This document shows, one piece after another, positions 37,703 through 46,283 of a stretch of DNA of 64,000 nucleotides. Position 1 is the first letter of the stretch. Each line of letters opens with the position of its first letter. Made by a program: the position numbers and the translations under genes. The notes below the pieces were generated by a model. The model was not told the origin of the DNA. It saw only the letters and a program-made list of their open reading frames with translations, and did no database searches. This stretch comes from Bacillota bacterium (GTDB lineage Bacteria; Bacillota; Dehalobacteriia; Dehalobacteriales; Dehalobacteriaceae). The DNA lies in contig JBMNKX010000006.1 of the NCBI GenBank assembly GCA_050952445.1, positions 90,333 to 154,332 of the forward strand, given 5' to 3'.

Positions 37703-37930
37703 GTGACTGTTATTGATCCATATAATATTTATATAAAATTAAATCCGGATGATATTAATCTTTTAAACAAAATTATCGAGGGATATGATAACTTAGCGGT
37801 AGTAACAGCCCTCAACCCCACCGAAGGACGAATGGTGGTACGGGTAACACCTGACACCCGAAGGGACGTATTAAAATTATTAAAGCATTTACCTTTTTTT
37901 GTGGAAATTCTGGAAGAAGAAAAAGGTTAA
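37703..37930 (+). CDS. DUF4911 domain protein
   Basis: 75 aa. The (I)IEGYDNLAVVT....GRMVVRVTPD pattern and position after the U32 gene are typical of DUF4911. GTG start. Confidence 0.7.
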   Translation: MTVIDPYNIYIKLNPDDINLLNKIIEGYDNLAVVTALNPTEGRMVVRVTPDTRRDVLKLLKHLPFFVEILEEEKG

Positions 37931-37934
37931 TTTT

Positions 37935-38068
37935 GGGGCTCGCCTCCTTTCCTCGTTCGCCTCGCAGGGTGTTGATACCATGCTACGTAAATAGTTTTAG
38001 ATATTTATGCTCCAAACAAGCTATGTTGGGGTTTTCACAGAAGAATTGCAGGAGAATTCAGGAGAATT
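37935..38068 (+). repeat. Repeat family copy C (one-arm fragment with triplicated terminal 10-11-mer)
   Basis: GGGGCTCGCCTCCTTTCCTCGTTCGCCTCGCAGGGTGTTGATACCATGCTACGTAAA...ATGTTGGGGTTTTCACAGAAGAATT matches the reverse complement of 32052-32168. Its end carries CAGAAGAATT / GCAGGAGAATT / CAGGAGAATT in tandem (38038-38068). Confidence 0.85.
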
Positions 38069-38133
38069 ATAGTATATAATTCCAGAAATTTACCCATCCT
38101 AATTCAGAAGATAATTGGAATTGGGGTGGTTTT

Positions 38134-39840
38134 TTGTTGCGTAATAAAAGGTATTTGGTGATCTATTTTTGCTTTCTCGGGGCTTTTGTGGTCCTATTGG
38201 GAAGGCTGGGTTATATTCAATTGATTAATGGCCCCATATATACCAGGCAGGCAGTGGCCCAGAGACAGCATACTATAGATTACGTCCAATATCACAGGGG
38301 GCGGATTTTGGATCGGCATCTTCGGAATTTAACCAACGTGGAAAAACAACCTTGTGCCGTTGTTTTTCCAATTATGGTACAGGATTTTGCCAAGACCGCA
38401 AATTATCTTGGGGAGGTTTTGTGTCTTGCACCGGAAACTATTACAGCAAAATTGGGAAGCCAGGGAAAACGATTAAATAATGTTGTCCAAAAACCATTTA
38501 TTTTAAAGGCAAATTTAAATGATAGAGAAATCCAAGAAATTCAAAATGCGAAGCTTCCCGGGGTGTTTGTTCTTCCGTTAATTTCCAGATATCGTCCGGA
38601 TACTCCTGCAGTGCATACCCTGGGTTATGTAGGACAAATAAGTAAAAATGAATATCAAAAAATGGAGCATGAAAAACAGGAATATAATTTGACCGATATT
38701 ATTGGTAAGAGCGGCATTGAGAAGCAATATGAGAATTATTTAAGAGGAAGTAACGGTAAAGAGGTTGCCGCATTAATTGATGAACGGGGCAGGTTACTTC
38801 AAGGAAAAGGTTTTACCCTACTTCCTGAAGATAAACGAATTACTTCTAAAAATCACAATATTGTCCTTACTATCGATGCACATTGCCAGCGAATTGTAGA
38901 GCAAGAGATGGAAGGGTATTCTGGTGCAGCAGTAGTGATGGATGTAACAAACGGGGATATTTTAGCTTTGGCGAGTAGTCCCAAATTTGACCCATATTTA
39001 CTGGGCCCGATTTCCAGTAATGATGCTTATGTTAATAAAGTATTGAAAAATTACCCACCTGCCTCTGTTTTTAAGATCGTACTTGCGGCAGGCGCATTGG
39101 AGGAGGGCATTGTTTGCCCGGAGGATATTTTTAATTGTTCCGGACATATTACTATTCCATCTGGTCGAAATGTTTCCTGCTGGAAGCCTGATGGTCATGG
39201 ACAGATAAGTTTTGCCCAGGCTTTAGCGCATTCCTGCAACCCGGTATTTATTGAAACGGGGTTAAAGCTTGGTGGCGAACTGATAATGAATTATGCATTA
39301 AAGTTTGGACTAAATGATGATAGCATCATCGGATATAGTACAGTAAGTTATAATCATTTTGATTTCAATTATTCTGTTCCCGGAGATATTGCTAATGTAT
39401 CCATTGGAGAGAAGGGTATAATGTTGAGTCCGGTTTTAGTAGCTAAACTGTATTCACAAGTAGCCAATGGAGGTTTTGGAATTACCCCCCGCTTGGTATT
39501 AAAAATCCAGGATTCGACAGGACATACTGTAAAGAATTTTTTTTCGCCAGCTAGTAAACGTATTATATCATCAAAAACAGCTCAAGAATTGAAGTTAATG
39601 TTACAGTCCGGGGTAAGGGAGGGAACAGGAAAATCTGCCCAAGTCCCGGGAATTGAAGTGGCGGGGAAAACCGGGTCATCTGAAACACATGGTGTGTGGT
39701 TTGCCGGGTTTGCACCTGTTCAACAGCCTCGGTGGGCAGTTGTGGTTTTCTTGCAAAAAGGTTCATCGGGAGGACGGGAAGCAGCACCAATATTTAAAAA
39801 GATTGTTTCACAGTTGATAGCTGAAGAAAATAACAGGTAA
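38134..39840 (+). CDS. Class B penicillin-binding protein (SpoVD/FtsI-type transpeptidase, no PASTA domain)
   Basis: N-terminal TM helix, PBP dimerisation domain, and transpeptidase motifs SVFK, SCN and KTGS. TTG start. Confidence 0.88.
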   Translation: MLRNKRYLVIYFCFLGAFVVLLGRLGYIQLINGPIYTRQAVAQRQHTIDYVQYHRGRILDRHLRNLTNVEKQPCAVVFPIMVQDFAKTANYLGEVLCLAPETITAKLGSQGKRLNNVVQKPFILKANLNDREIQEIQNAKLPGVFVLPLISRYRPDTPAVHTLGYVGQISKNEYQKMEHEKQEYNLTDIIGKSGIEKQYENYLRGSNGKEVAALIDERGRLLQGKGFTLLPEDKRITSKNHNIVLTIDAHCQRIVEQEMEGYSGAAVVMDVTNGDILALASSPKFDPYLLGPISSNDAYVNKVLKNYPPASVFKIVLAAGALEEGIVCPEDIFNCSGHITIPSGRNVSCWKPDGHGQISFAQALAHSCNPVFIETGLKLGGELIMNYALKFGLNDDSIIGYSTVSYNHFDFNYSVPGDIANVSIGEKGIMLSPVLVAKLYSQVANGGFGITPRLVLKIQDSTGHTVKNFFSPASKRIISSKTAQELKLMLQSGVREGTGKSAQVPGIEVAGKTGSSETHGVWFAGFAPVQQPRWAVVVFLQKGSSGGREAAPIFKKIVSQLIAEENNR

Positions 39841-39926
39841 ATATCGTAAATATTTTGCTTTCAAAAGTGGCACATTTTTTTAAGAAGTTCATACAATGTA
39901 GAACCGACACTTTTGGAGGTGATTTT

Positions 39927-40631
39927 ATGGGTCCCGAATGGATGGCGTTTTTTGGCTTTGCTCTCTTAAAGGGACTTCATGTTTTTTTGGGGTTTATTAA
40001 TAATAACGCTTTTCCCCAGCCTCTTACAGAAGAAGAAGAAGCCGATTACCTAGCTAAACTATCATCAGGCGATGATGAAGCACGGAATATTTTGATTGAG
40101 CATAACCTCAGGCTGGTGGCTCATATCGCCAAGAAATTTGAAACTACAGGTGTTGACAAAGACGATTTAATATCTATTGGAACCATCGGTTTAATAAAAG
40201 CAATTAATACTTTTAATACCTCCAAAGGAACTAAATTAGCCACTTATGCGGCACGGTGTATCGAAAATGAAATCCTCATGCATCTACGCTCTACAAAAAA
40301 CATAAGAACAGAAGTCTCTCTATATGATCCTATAGGTGTCGACAAAGAAGGCAATGAGGTTTCTTTAATGGATGTTATGGGAACAGAATCTGATTCGGTA
40401 CTTGAGTTAGTTGAAGCTTGCTTTGAACAAGAACAATTATTAACGAAGGTGCGTAATTTAGAAAATAGAGAGCGGTATGTATTACAGTTAAGATATGGCC
40501 TGTTTAACGGTCTTCGGAGGACTCAAAGAGAGATTGCTAAAAAATTGGGTATTTCCCGATCCTATGTATCCCGGATTGAAAAAAAAGCTATTCAAAAATT
40601 AATTAAAGAGATGTCAAATGGAAACTGCTAA
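39927..40631 (+). CDS. sigK: Pro-sigma-K (sporulation sigma factor, uninterrupted)
   Basis: FINNNAFPQPLTEEEE..NILIEHNLRLVAHIAKKFE..DLISIGTIGLIKAINTF closely parallels B. subtilis SigK, including a ~20-aa pro-sequence. ATG 39927 follows a GGAGGTG RBS. Confidence 0.9.
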   Translation: MGPEWMAFFGFALLKGLHVFLGFINNNAFPQPLTEEEEADYLAKLSSGDDEARNILIEHNLRLVAHIAKKFETTGVDKDDLISIGTIGLIKAINTFNTSKGTKLATYAARCIENEILMHLRSTKNIRTEVSLYDPIGVDKEGNEVSLMDVMGTESDSVLELVEACFEQEQLLTKVRNLENRERYVLQLRYGLFNGLRRTQREIAKKLGISRSYVSRIEKKAIQKLIKEMSNGNC

Positions 40632-40671
40632 TGTTAATAAATTGTTAATAGTTTTATTAATTAATTGACAG

Positions 40672-40713
40672 GGCTGTTGGAGTCAGACAATTCCAATAGC
40701 CTAAGTTGTTTTT
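40672..40713 (+). terminator. Probable terminator after sigK
   Basis: GGCTGTTGG/CCAATAGCC stem (one G-U pair) with a T5 tract 6 nt downstream. Confidence 0.4.
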
Positions 40714-40823
40714 AGTTAGATTAAAGCATTCGTTTAGTGGACAATTATTAGGGAAAAACATAACTGGAATAAATGAGGGAAATACTGTATAATTAAAGCA
40801 ATTTTTATAAGGGAGCGAATAGC

Positions 40824-41324
40824 TTGAAATTTCGGAGACTAACACCTGATTTATTTGTTAATTCTATTATGGATATTCCTCTAAAGGAGTTAATAAAAAA
40901 GGGAAAGAAAAACATCATATTAGATCTCGATAATACCATAACTGAATGGAATAATCCGGAGATAAGGGAAGATATCGTTATGTGGTTTAAACGCCTAAAC
41001 CAGTACGGAATTAGTGCATGTTTAGTTTCTAACAATAATGGATCCCGGGTAAGGGAAGTGGCCGATAAACTGGGTGTACCATTTGTAGCCAGAGCAACAA
41101 AGCCGCGGCGGCGTGCTTTTAAAAATGCCATGAATGTTCTTAATTGTTTACCGAAAGAATCTGTTGTAGTTGGTGATCAGCTTTTTACCGACATTTTGGG
41201 AGGAAATCGTATGGGCATTTTTACTATCCTTGTACCTCCCCTTAGTTCCAGAGAGTTTATTGGCACAAAAATAATGAGGCGTTTTGAACGGGTTGCTTTA
41301 AAAATTGTCAAGAATAATCAGTAA
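40824..41324 (+). CDS. yqeG: YqeG family HAD-IIIA phosphatase
   Basis: HAD motifs ILDLDNT and VSNN...GDQLFTDILGGN. TTG start. Confidence 0.85.
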   Translation: MKFRRLTPDLFVNSIMDIPLKELIKKGKKNIILDLDNTITEWNNPEIREDIVMWFKRLNQYGISACLVSNNNGSRVREVADKLGVPFVARATKPRRRAFKNAMNVLNCLPKESVVVGDQLFTDILGGNRMGIFTILVPPLSSREFIGTKIMRRFERVALKIVKNNQ

Positions 41325-41393
41325 TAATAATGGTTATATAGTAAAGGTGAATTGGATAAAATGATAACAAAGAGTTTTAACGGAGGATAACTA

Positions 41394-41639
41394 ATGGGTG
41401 AAATCCGAAAAATAAGCTTTGTTGTTCATTATCCAAAAGAGTCTAAAAATATTACCAGTTTTCTATGGGCGATCAGGAGAGCAATAAAAGAAATTAGGGA
41501 GAAAAACGAGGATATAAAACACCTTTTTCTTAATAATGTGGGATTATGCAGTCTTGATAGTGGTGTAAGGGTAAATCTGTATTTTGCCAGGGAGGAAAAA
41601 CAGGAATTGGCAGAGAATGAAAACAGGACTGTATTATAG
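41394..41639 (+). CDS. Hypothetical protein (81 aa)
   Basis: A good GGAGGA RBS lies 8 nt upstream and a hairpin plus T tract follows the stop. I recognise no family. Confidence 0.55.
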   Translation: MGEIRKISFVVHYPKESKNITSFLWAIRRAIKEIREKNEDIKHLFLNNVGLCSLDSGVRVNLYFAREEKQELAENENRTVL

Positions 41640-41731
41640 GTCCTTTTTTTATGGATAAAAATAAATTGTTCAAGGTTGTGAATAAATTTATTAGGCTGGA
41701 AGAGGTATGTTATTCAAGGGGGTAAACGTAA

Positions 41732-42580
41732 ATGCAAATTCTGGGGATTTTTGGACATCCGATCAGTCATTCTTTGTCCGCTATAATGCATAAGGCTGCT
41801 TTTGAGGCAGTAGGTTTAGACAAAGAATATATTTATTTGTCTTTTGATATTCATCCTGACAAATTAGCCCAAGCGGTTGAAGGGATACGAGTTCTAAACT
41901 TTAGAGGGGTAAATATTACAATTCCACACAAGGAAGAAGTAGTTGCATACCTTGACGAAGTAGACCAACAAGCTAGATTAATAGGTGCTGTTAATGTGAT
42001 TAAAAATGATAAAGGAACACTAATTGGTTATAATACTGACGGTTGGGGGTTTATAAAATCTTTAGAGGAAGAAGCCGGATTGTCCCCCGAAAATATGAAA
42101 GTAGTTGTTTTGGGGGCGGGGGGTGCTTGCCGGGCAGTTAGTGCATCGTTAGCTGCTGAGGGTGCAAAAGAGATAGTGATCATAAATCGTACTAAAAGTA
42201 GGGCTCAGTCGGTAACCCAGATGGTAAAACAATATAAAATACCGGTCAAATCTATGGATTTCTCTGATAAAGAAGTCCAGCAAACTATTTATGATGCAGA
42301 AATCATTGTTAACACAACTTCGGTAGGAATGCCGCCTAATACAGCTTCACCCTTGGAACACTATATATCTTGTTTGCACAAGGGCCAATTGGTTTGCGAC
42401 ATCATTTACAATCCCATTGAGACAACACTATTAAAGGATGCTCGGGAAAAAGGATGCCGCATTCTTGCCGGTTTGGGTATGCTATTGTACCAGGGAGTAA
42501 AAGCTTTTAATATCTGGACAGGTACTGATGCTCCGATAGAGGTAATGAGAAAGGCTCTTTGGGAAAAATTATATTCATAA
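41732..42580 (+). CDS. aroE: Shikimate dehydrogenase
   Basis: GHPISHSLSAIMH, NITIPHK, NTDG and the Rossmann motif LGAGGA. Confidence 0.93.
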   Translation: MQILGIFGHPISHSLSAIMHKAAFEAVGLDKEYIYLSFDIHPDKLAQAVEGIRVLNFRGVNITIPHKEEVVAYLDEVDQQARLIGAVNVIKNDKGTLIGYNTDGWGFIKSLEEEAGLSPENMKVVVLGAGGACRAVSASLAAEGAKEIVIINRTKSRAQSVTQMVKQYKIPVKSMDFSDKEVQQTIYDAEIIVNTTSVGMPPNTASPLEHYISCLHKGQLVCDIIYNPIETTLLKDAREKGCRILAGLGMLLYQGVKAFNIWTGTDAPIEVMRKALWEKLYS

Positions 42581-42703
42581 AATCAAATTACAGTATTTTA
42601 TGTTCTATTTTGTCCTAACAACTCGGAAAGTTCTCCAGGGGAAAAAAAGGAAATATTCAAGGATTTAGGGAATAGTAAATTTAACAAAGGGGGGATTTTC
42701 CGG

Positions 42704-43156
42704 GTGGATGCAACTCTTACTATTGATCAGGTAAGTAATATTCTGCAGGTCGAAGTAAGTACTATCAGGTATTGGGAAAAAGAATTTAACCAGTTTTTAA
42801 AAATAAACTGTCCGAAAGGGCAACGGGTGCGATATAATGAAGAACATTTAGAAGTTTTTGCCCAAATTAAGGAACTGCTATATACAGAACAATATACGAT
42901 TAAAGGGGCAAAAAGGCGCATGGAGCTTGACCGAACTTTGACCAGCGCATTAGGAGTAGAACATAATTTTCGGACAACAGTATTTTTTATGTTTTCGGCA
43001 ATAATTCAAGAACTGCAAAAAAGCAGGGAAGAAAGTAAAAATTTGGCGCATCAGCTGGAGCTTTTGCGCAAGGAAAAAGAAAGAGTGGAAGAAAAACTAA
43101 ATGAAGAGCAACAAAAAACCCTATGGAAATTTTTAACAAGTAAATTTAGCACATAA
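42704..43156 (+). CDS. MerR-type HTH protein with a C-terminal coiled coil
   Basis: The N-terminal LTIDQVSNILQVEVSTIRYWEKEF matches a MerR HTH. The C-terminal half is heptad-rich (LELLRKEKERVEEKLNEEQ). GTG start. Confidence 0.65.
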   Translation: MDATLTIDQVSNILQVEVSTIRYWEKEFNQFLKINCPKGQRVRYNEEHLEVFAQIKELLYTEQYTIKGAKRRMELDRTLTSALGVEHNFRTTVFFMFSAIIQELQKSREESKNLAHQLELLRKEKERVEEKLNEEQQKTLWKFLTSKFST

Positions 43157-43162
43157 TAAGAT

Positions 43163-43190
43163 AAAAAACCGCCAGGCGGTTTTTTTTTTT
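43163..43190 (+). terminator. Intrinsic terminator after the MerR-like gene
   Basis: AAAAAACCGCC-A-GGCGGTTTTTTTTTT. Confidence 0.8.
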
Positions 43191-43262
43191 GCAGGAAAGA
43201 AAGTATATTGGTAGAAGTTTTTTCATTCAGAGAGAAAATTATGAATATGAGGAGATTTATGC

Positions 43263-44963
43263 ATGGCGGGTATTAAAAAAAAATTAGGTGATTTGTTAGT
43301 TGAAAATAAATTGATTAATTATGCCCAACTTGAGGAAGCATTAAAGCTTCAAAAACAGACAGGTGACCGTCTTGGCCGGGTTTTAGTAAATTTAGGATAT
43401 ATAACAGAGCAGGATATTGCCAATGTTTTAGAGGTGCAGCTGGGTATTTCCCAGATAAAGCTGGGAAATACCGTTTTGCTTCCAAGTGTGATTCAATTAA
43501 TTCCTGAGGCTTTAATCCGCCGGCACCGGGTGGTTCCGGTGAAAAAGGAAGGGCGGAAAATTACTGTAGCTATGGTTGATCCCTTAGACTTAATTGTCCT
43601 TGATGACTTAAATTTAGCTACGGGCTATCAAATTGAGCCTATACTGGCTACAGAGAGGGAAATAGATGCTGCGCTGCAAAGACTTTTCGGATTTCAGGAT
43701 TTGATAAATAAAGCAGTACGGGAATTTGAAGATATGCCTGTACAAACTCCAACATCTTTTGATTTAGACGAAGTTCCAGACATCCTGGTTGAGGAAGCAC
43801 CTACTATTAGGATAGTCAACTCTCTTATCCAACAGGCCTTGAAAGAACGGGCCAGTGATATTCACATCGAACCTCATTCTGATGGAGTACGGATTCGCTA
43901 CCGAGTTGATGGACTTCTTAAAGATATAATGAATCTTCCTAACCAGTCATTAGCTTCAGTGATTTCAAGAATAAAGATCATGGGTGAGATGGATATATCA
44001 GAAAAACGTATTCCCCAGGACGGCCGGATTCAGGTAAAAGTAGCTCAGAAAAATATTGACTTGAGGATTTCTACTATTCCAACCATTTTTGGGGAGAAGG
44101 CTGTTATTCGGATTTTAGATAAGTGCACAGCCTTAGTTTCCCTTGACTCTCTAGGATTTACACCGGATGTGATTAAGCTCTATCGAAATTTAATCCACCG
44201 GACCTATGGAATGATTCTGATTACCGGTCCTACAGGTTCCGGGAAAACTACGACACTATACTCTTCATTAAAGGAAATTATTTCTTCAGATAAAAACATT
44301 ATTACTATTGAAGATCCGGTAGAGTATGTTTTAGATGAGATAAACCAAATCCAGGTTAATGCTAAGGCAGGTCTGACATTTGCCACCGGTTTACGGGCAA
44401 TTCTGCGCCAGGATCCGGACATTGTGATGGTTGGAGAAATCAGGGACAGCGAGACAGCAGGTATTGCGGTACAGGCTGCCAACACAGGGCACCTTGTTTT
44501 TAGCACTCTGCATACCAATGATGCAGCAGGAGCCCTTCCTAGGCTGATGTATATGGGGGTAGAACCTTATTTAGTAGTATCTTCAGTGATTGCTGTGATG
44601 GCCCAGCGGCTTGTTCGGGTAATTTGTCCGATGTGCAAAGAAGAATATCAGCTTCCCGACAATAGTGCTGAGCGGAGTTTTTTAAATATTCCTAACGGGG
44701 TAGCTGTTACTCTGTACCGGGGAAGCGGATGTAATCATTGCGGTCAAACTGGATACCGGGGACGGGTAGCTATTCAAGAACTTCTCCCTATAACCCAGGA
44801 ACAGAGGGAGTTGATTTTAACCCATGCATCTTCCAATGATATTAAACGGTTCGCAATAGAAAAAGGAATGGTTACTATGACACAGGACGGAATTCAAAAA
44901 GCCCTGATAGGTTTGACCACATTGGAAGAAGTGATGAGAGTTGCTTCTGCAGAAGAGATATAA
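43263..44963 (+). CDS. pilB: Type IV pilus assembly ATPase PilB (GspE family)
   Basis: N-terminal T2SSE_N domain, Walker A GPTGSGKTT, Asp/His boxes and the tetracysteine CPMC...CNHC. Confidence 0.92.
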   Translation: MAGIKKKLGDLLVENKLINYAQLEEALKLQKQTGDRLGRVLVNLGYITEQDIANVLEVQLGISQIKLGNTVLLPSVIQLIPEALIRRHRVVPVKKEGRKITVAMVDPLDLIVLDDLNLATGYQIEPILATEREIDAALQRLFGFQDLINKAVREFEDMPVQTPTSFDLDEVPDILVEEAPTIRIVNSLIQQALKERASDIHIEPHSDGVRIRYRVDGLLKDIMNLPNQSLASVISRIKIMGEMDISEKRIPQDGRIQVKVAQKNIDLRISTIPTIFGEKAVIRILDKCTALVSLDSLGFTPDVIKLYRNLIHRTYGMILITGPTGSGKTTTLYSSLKEIISSDKNIITIEDPVEYVLDEINQIQVNAKAGLTFATGLRAILRQDPDIVMVGEIRDSETAGIAVQAANTGHLVFSTLHTNDAAGALPRLMYMGVEPYLVVSSVIAVMAQRLVRVICPMCKEEYQLPDNSAERSFLNIPNGVAVTLYRGSGCNHCGQTGYRGRVAIQELLPITQEQRELILTHASSNDIKRFAIEKGMVTMTQDGIQKALIGLTTLEEVMRVASAEEI

Positions 44964-44973
44964 GGAGAGTATC

Positions 44974-45990
44974 ATGAAGATTGAGGAAATTCTTTCTGAG
45001 GCTAAAAATCAGGGAGCATCAGACACCCATCTTTCAGTTGGAATGCCGCCGGTTTTTCGACTCCACGGTGATATTATCCCCCAGATGTCTTGGCCCGTTT
45101 TAACCTCTGTAGAAACAGAAAAACTGTGTCGGCAGATGATGAACAAATATTCCCTTTCCCAAATAGAAGAAAAGGGGGAAACTGATTTTGGATACGAAAT
45201 TCCAAGAATAAGCAGGTTCCGGGTAAATATATTTAAACAAAAAGGATACTATGGTGCATCCATACGTACTATTAACTATAAAATACTGAGTTTGGAAGAA
45301 TTAAGACTACCCCAGGTTTTAGGAGAACTATGCCGGAAGCCTCGAGGATTAGTCTTGGTAACCGGACCTACCGGGAGTGGTAAAACCACTACTCTTGCCG
45401 CTATGATTGACCAGATCAACAGGGAAAGAAAAGGCCATATATTAACACTTGAAGATCCCATTGAATACATACATCACCATCAAAACTGTATTGTGAACCA
45501 GCGGGAAATAGGCAGTGACTCATTATCATTTGCCAGCGCTTTAAGAGCCGGCCTTCGTCAGGATCCTGATGTTATCTTGATAGGTGAGATGAGGGACCTG
45601 GAGACAATTTCTACTGCTGTAACAGCAGCAGAAACCGGACATCTGGTGCTTGCTAGTTTACATACATCCAGTGCCGCCCAAACAGTAGAGCGAATGATTG
45701 ATATTTTTCCACCGCATCAGCAGCAACAGATCAGGATACAGTTAGCTGCTGCAATAGAGGGTATTATCTCTCAAATACTGCTAAAAAAAGTGGATGGAAC
45801 AGGAAGTATTGCTGTAGCAGAAGTAATGATTGCTACTCCTGCGGTACGGAATCTGATCCGAGAAGGAAAAACCCACCAACTTAATTCAATGATTCAAACA
45901 GGTAGGCAATATGGAATGCAGACTATGGAGTCGGCATTAAAGGAGCTTGTGTATAAAAAGCTTATCAGAAGTGATGATATAATACTTTGA
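44974..45990 (+). CDS. pilT: Type IV pilus twitching motility / retraction ATPase PilT
   Basis: MKIEEIL..GASDTHL, Walker A GPTGSGKTT, and AIRNLIREGK-like motif (AVRNLIREGKTHQ). Start moved to ATG 44974. Confidence 0.9.
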   Translation: MKIEEILSEAKNQGASDTHLSVGMPPVFRLHGDIIPQMSWPVLTSVETEKLCRQMMNKYSLSQIEEKGETDFGYEIPRISRFRVNIFKQKGYYGASIRTINYKILSLEELRLPQVLGELCRKPRGLVLVTGPTGSGKTTTLAAMIDQINRERKGHILTLEDPIEYIHHHQNCIVNQREIGSDSLSFASALRAGLRQDPDVILIGEMRDLETISTAVTAAETGHLVLASLHTSSAAQTVERMIDIFPPHQQQQIRIQLAAAIEGIISQILLKKVDGTGSIAVAEVMIATPAVRNLIREGKTHQLNSMIQTGRQYGMQTMESALKELVYKKLIRSDDIIL

Positions 45991-46127
45991 TAATTAACTA
46001 AAATTGTAATATTCTTGAGAAAATTTTTCAAATGGTGCAGGAATTTACCAAAATAAAGAGAATACAAAATAAAAAAGAATACTTGTTCAGAAATAAAATT
46101 AATGTATTAGTTTTTAAATAATAAATC

Positions 46128-46237
46128 AAGTAATTGGTAAACTACTCGAAAGGGTAGGGCACAAAGCTATGGGTCTTCGGTTGTATTAACCATGATTGCC
46201 AGGCTGCATTAGAAAATTCTGATGCAGTTTTTTTGTT
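46128..46237 (+). promoter_or_regulatory. c-di-GMP-I (GEMM-I) riboswitch with intrinsic terminator
   Basis: GGUAAACUACUCGAAAGGGUAGGGCACAAAGCUAUGGGUC matches the GEMM-I core, including the GNRA loop GAAA (compare Vc2 GGCAAACCAUUCGAAAGAGUGGGACGCAAAGCCUCCGG). Terminator CTGCATTAG/CTGATGCAG (46204-27) is followed by a T7 tract. Confidence 0.75.
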
Positions 46238-46283
46238 ATTGATGATTTTTTCATTTGATAAATTTTTCTCTTGAGGTGGATAG

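Noticed and set aside
39855-39926. N-terminal 24-codon extension of the sigK ORF, and the possibility of a skin-like interruption
   Set aside because: ATG 39927 has a proper GGAGGTG RBS and gives a pro-sequence of the expected length. The gene is continuous through regions 2-4, so no intervening element is present.
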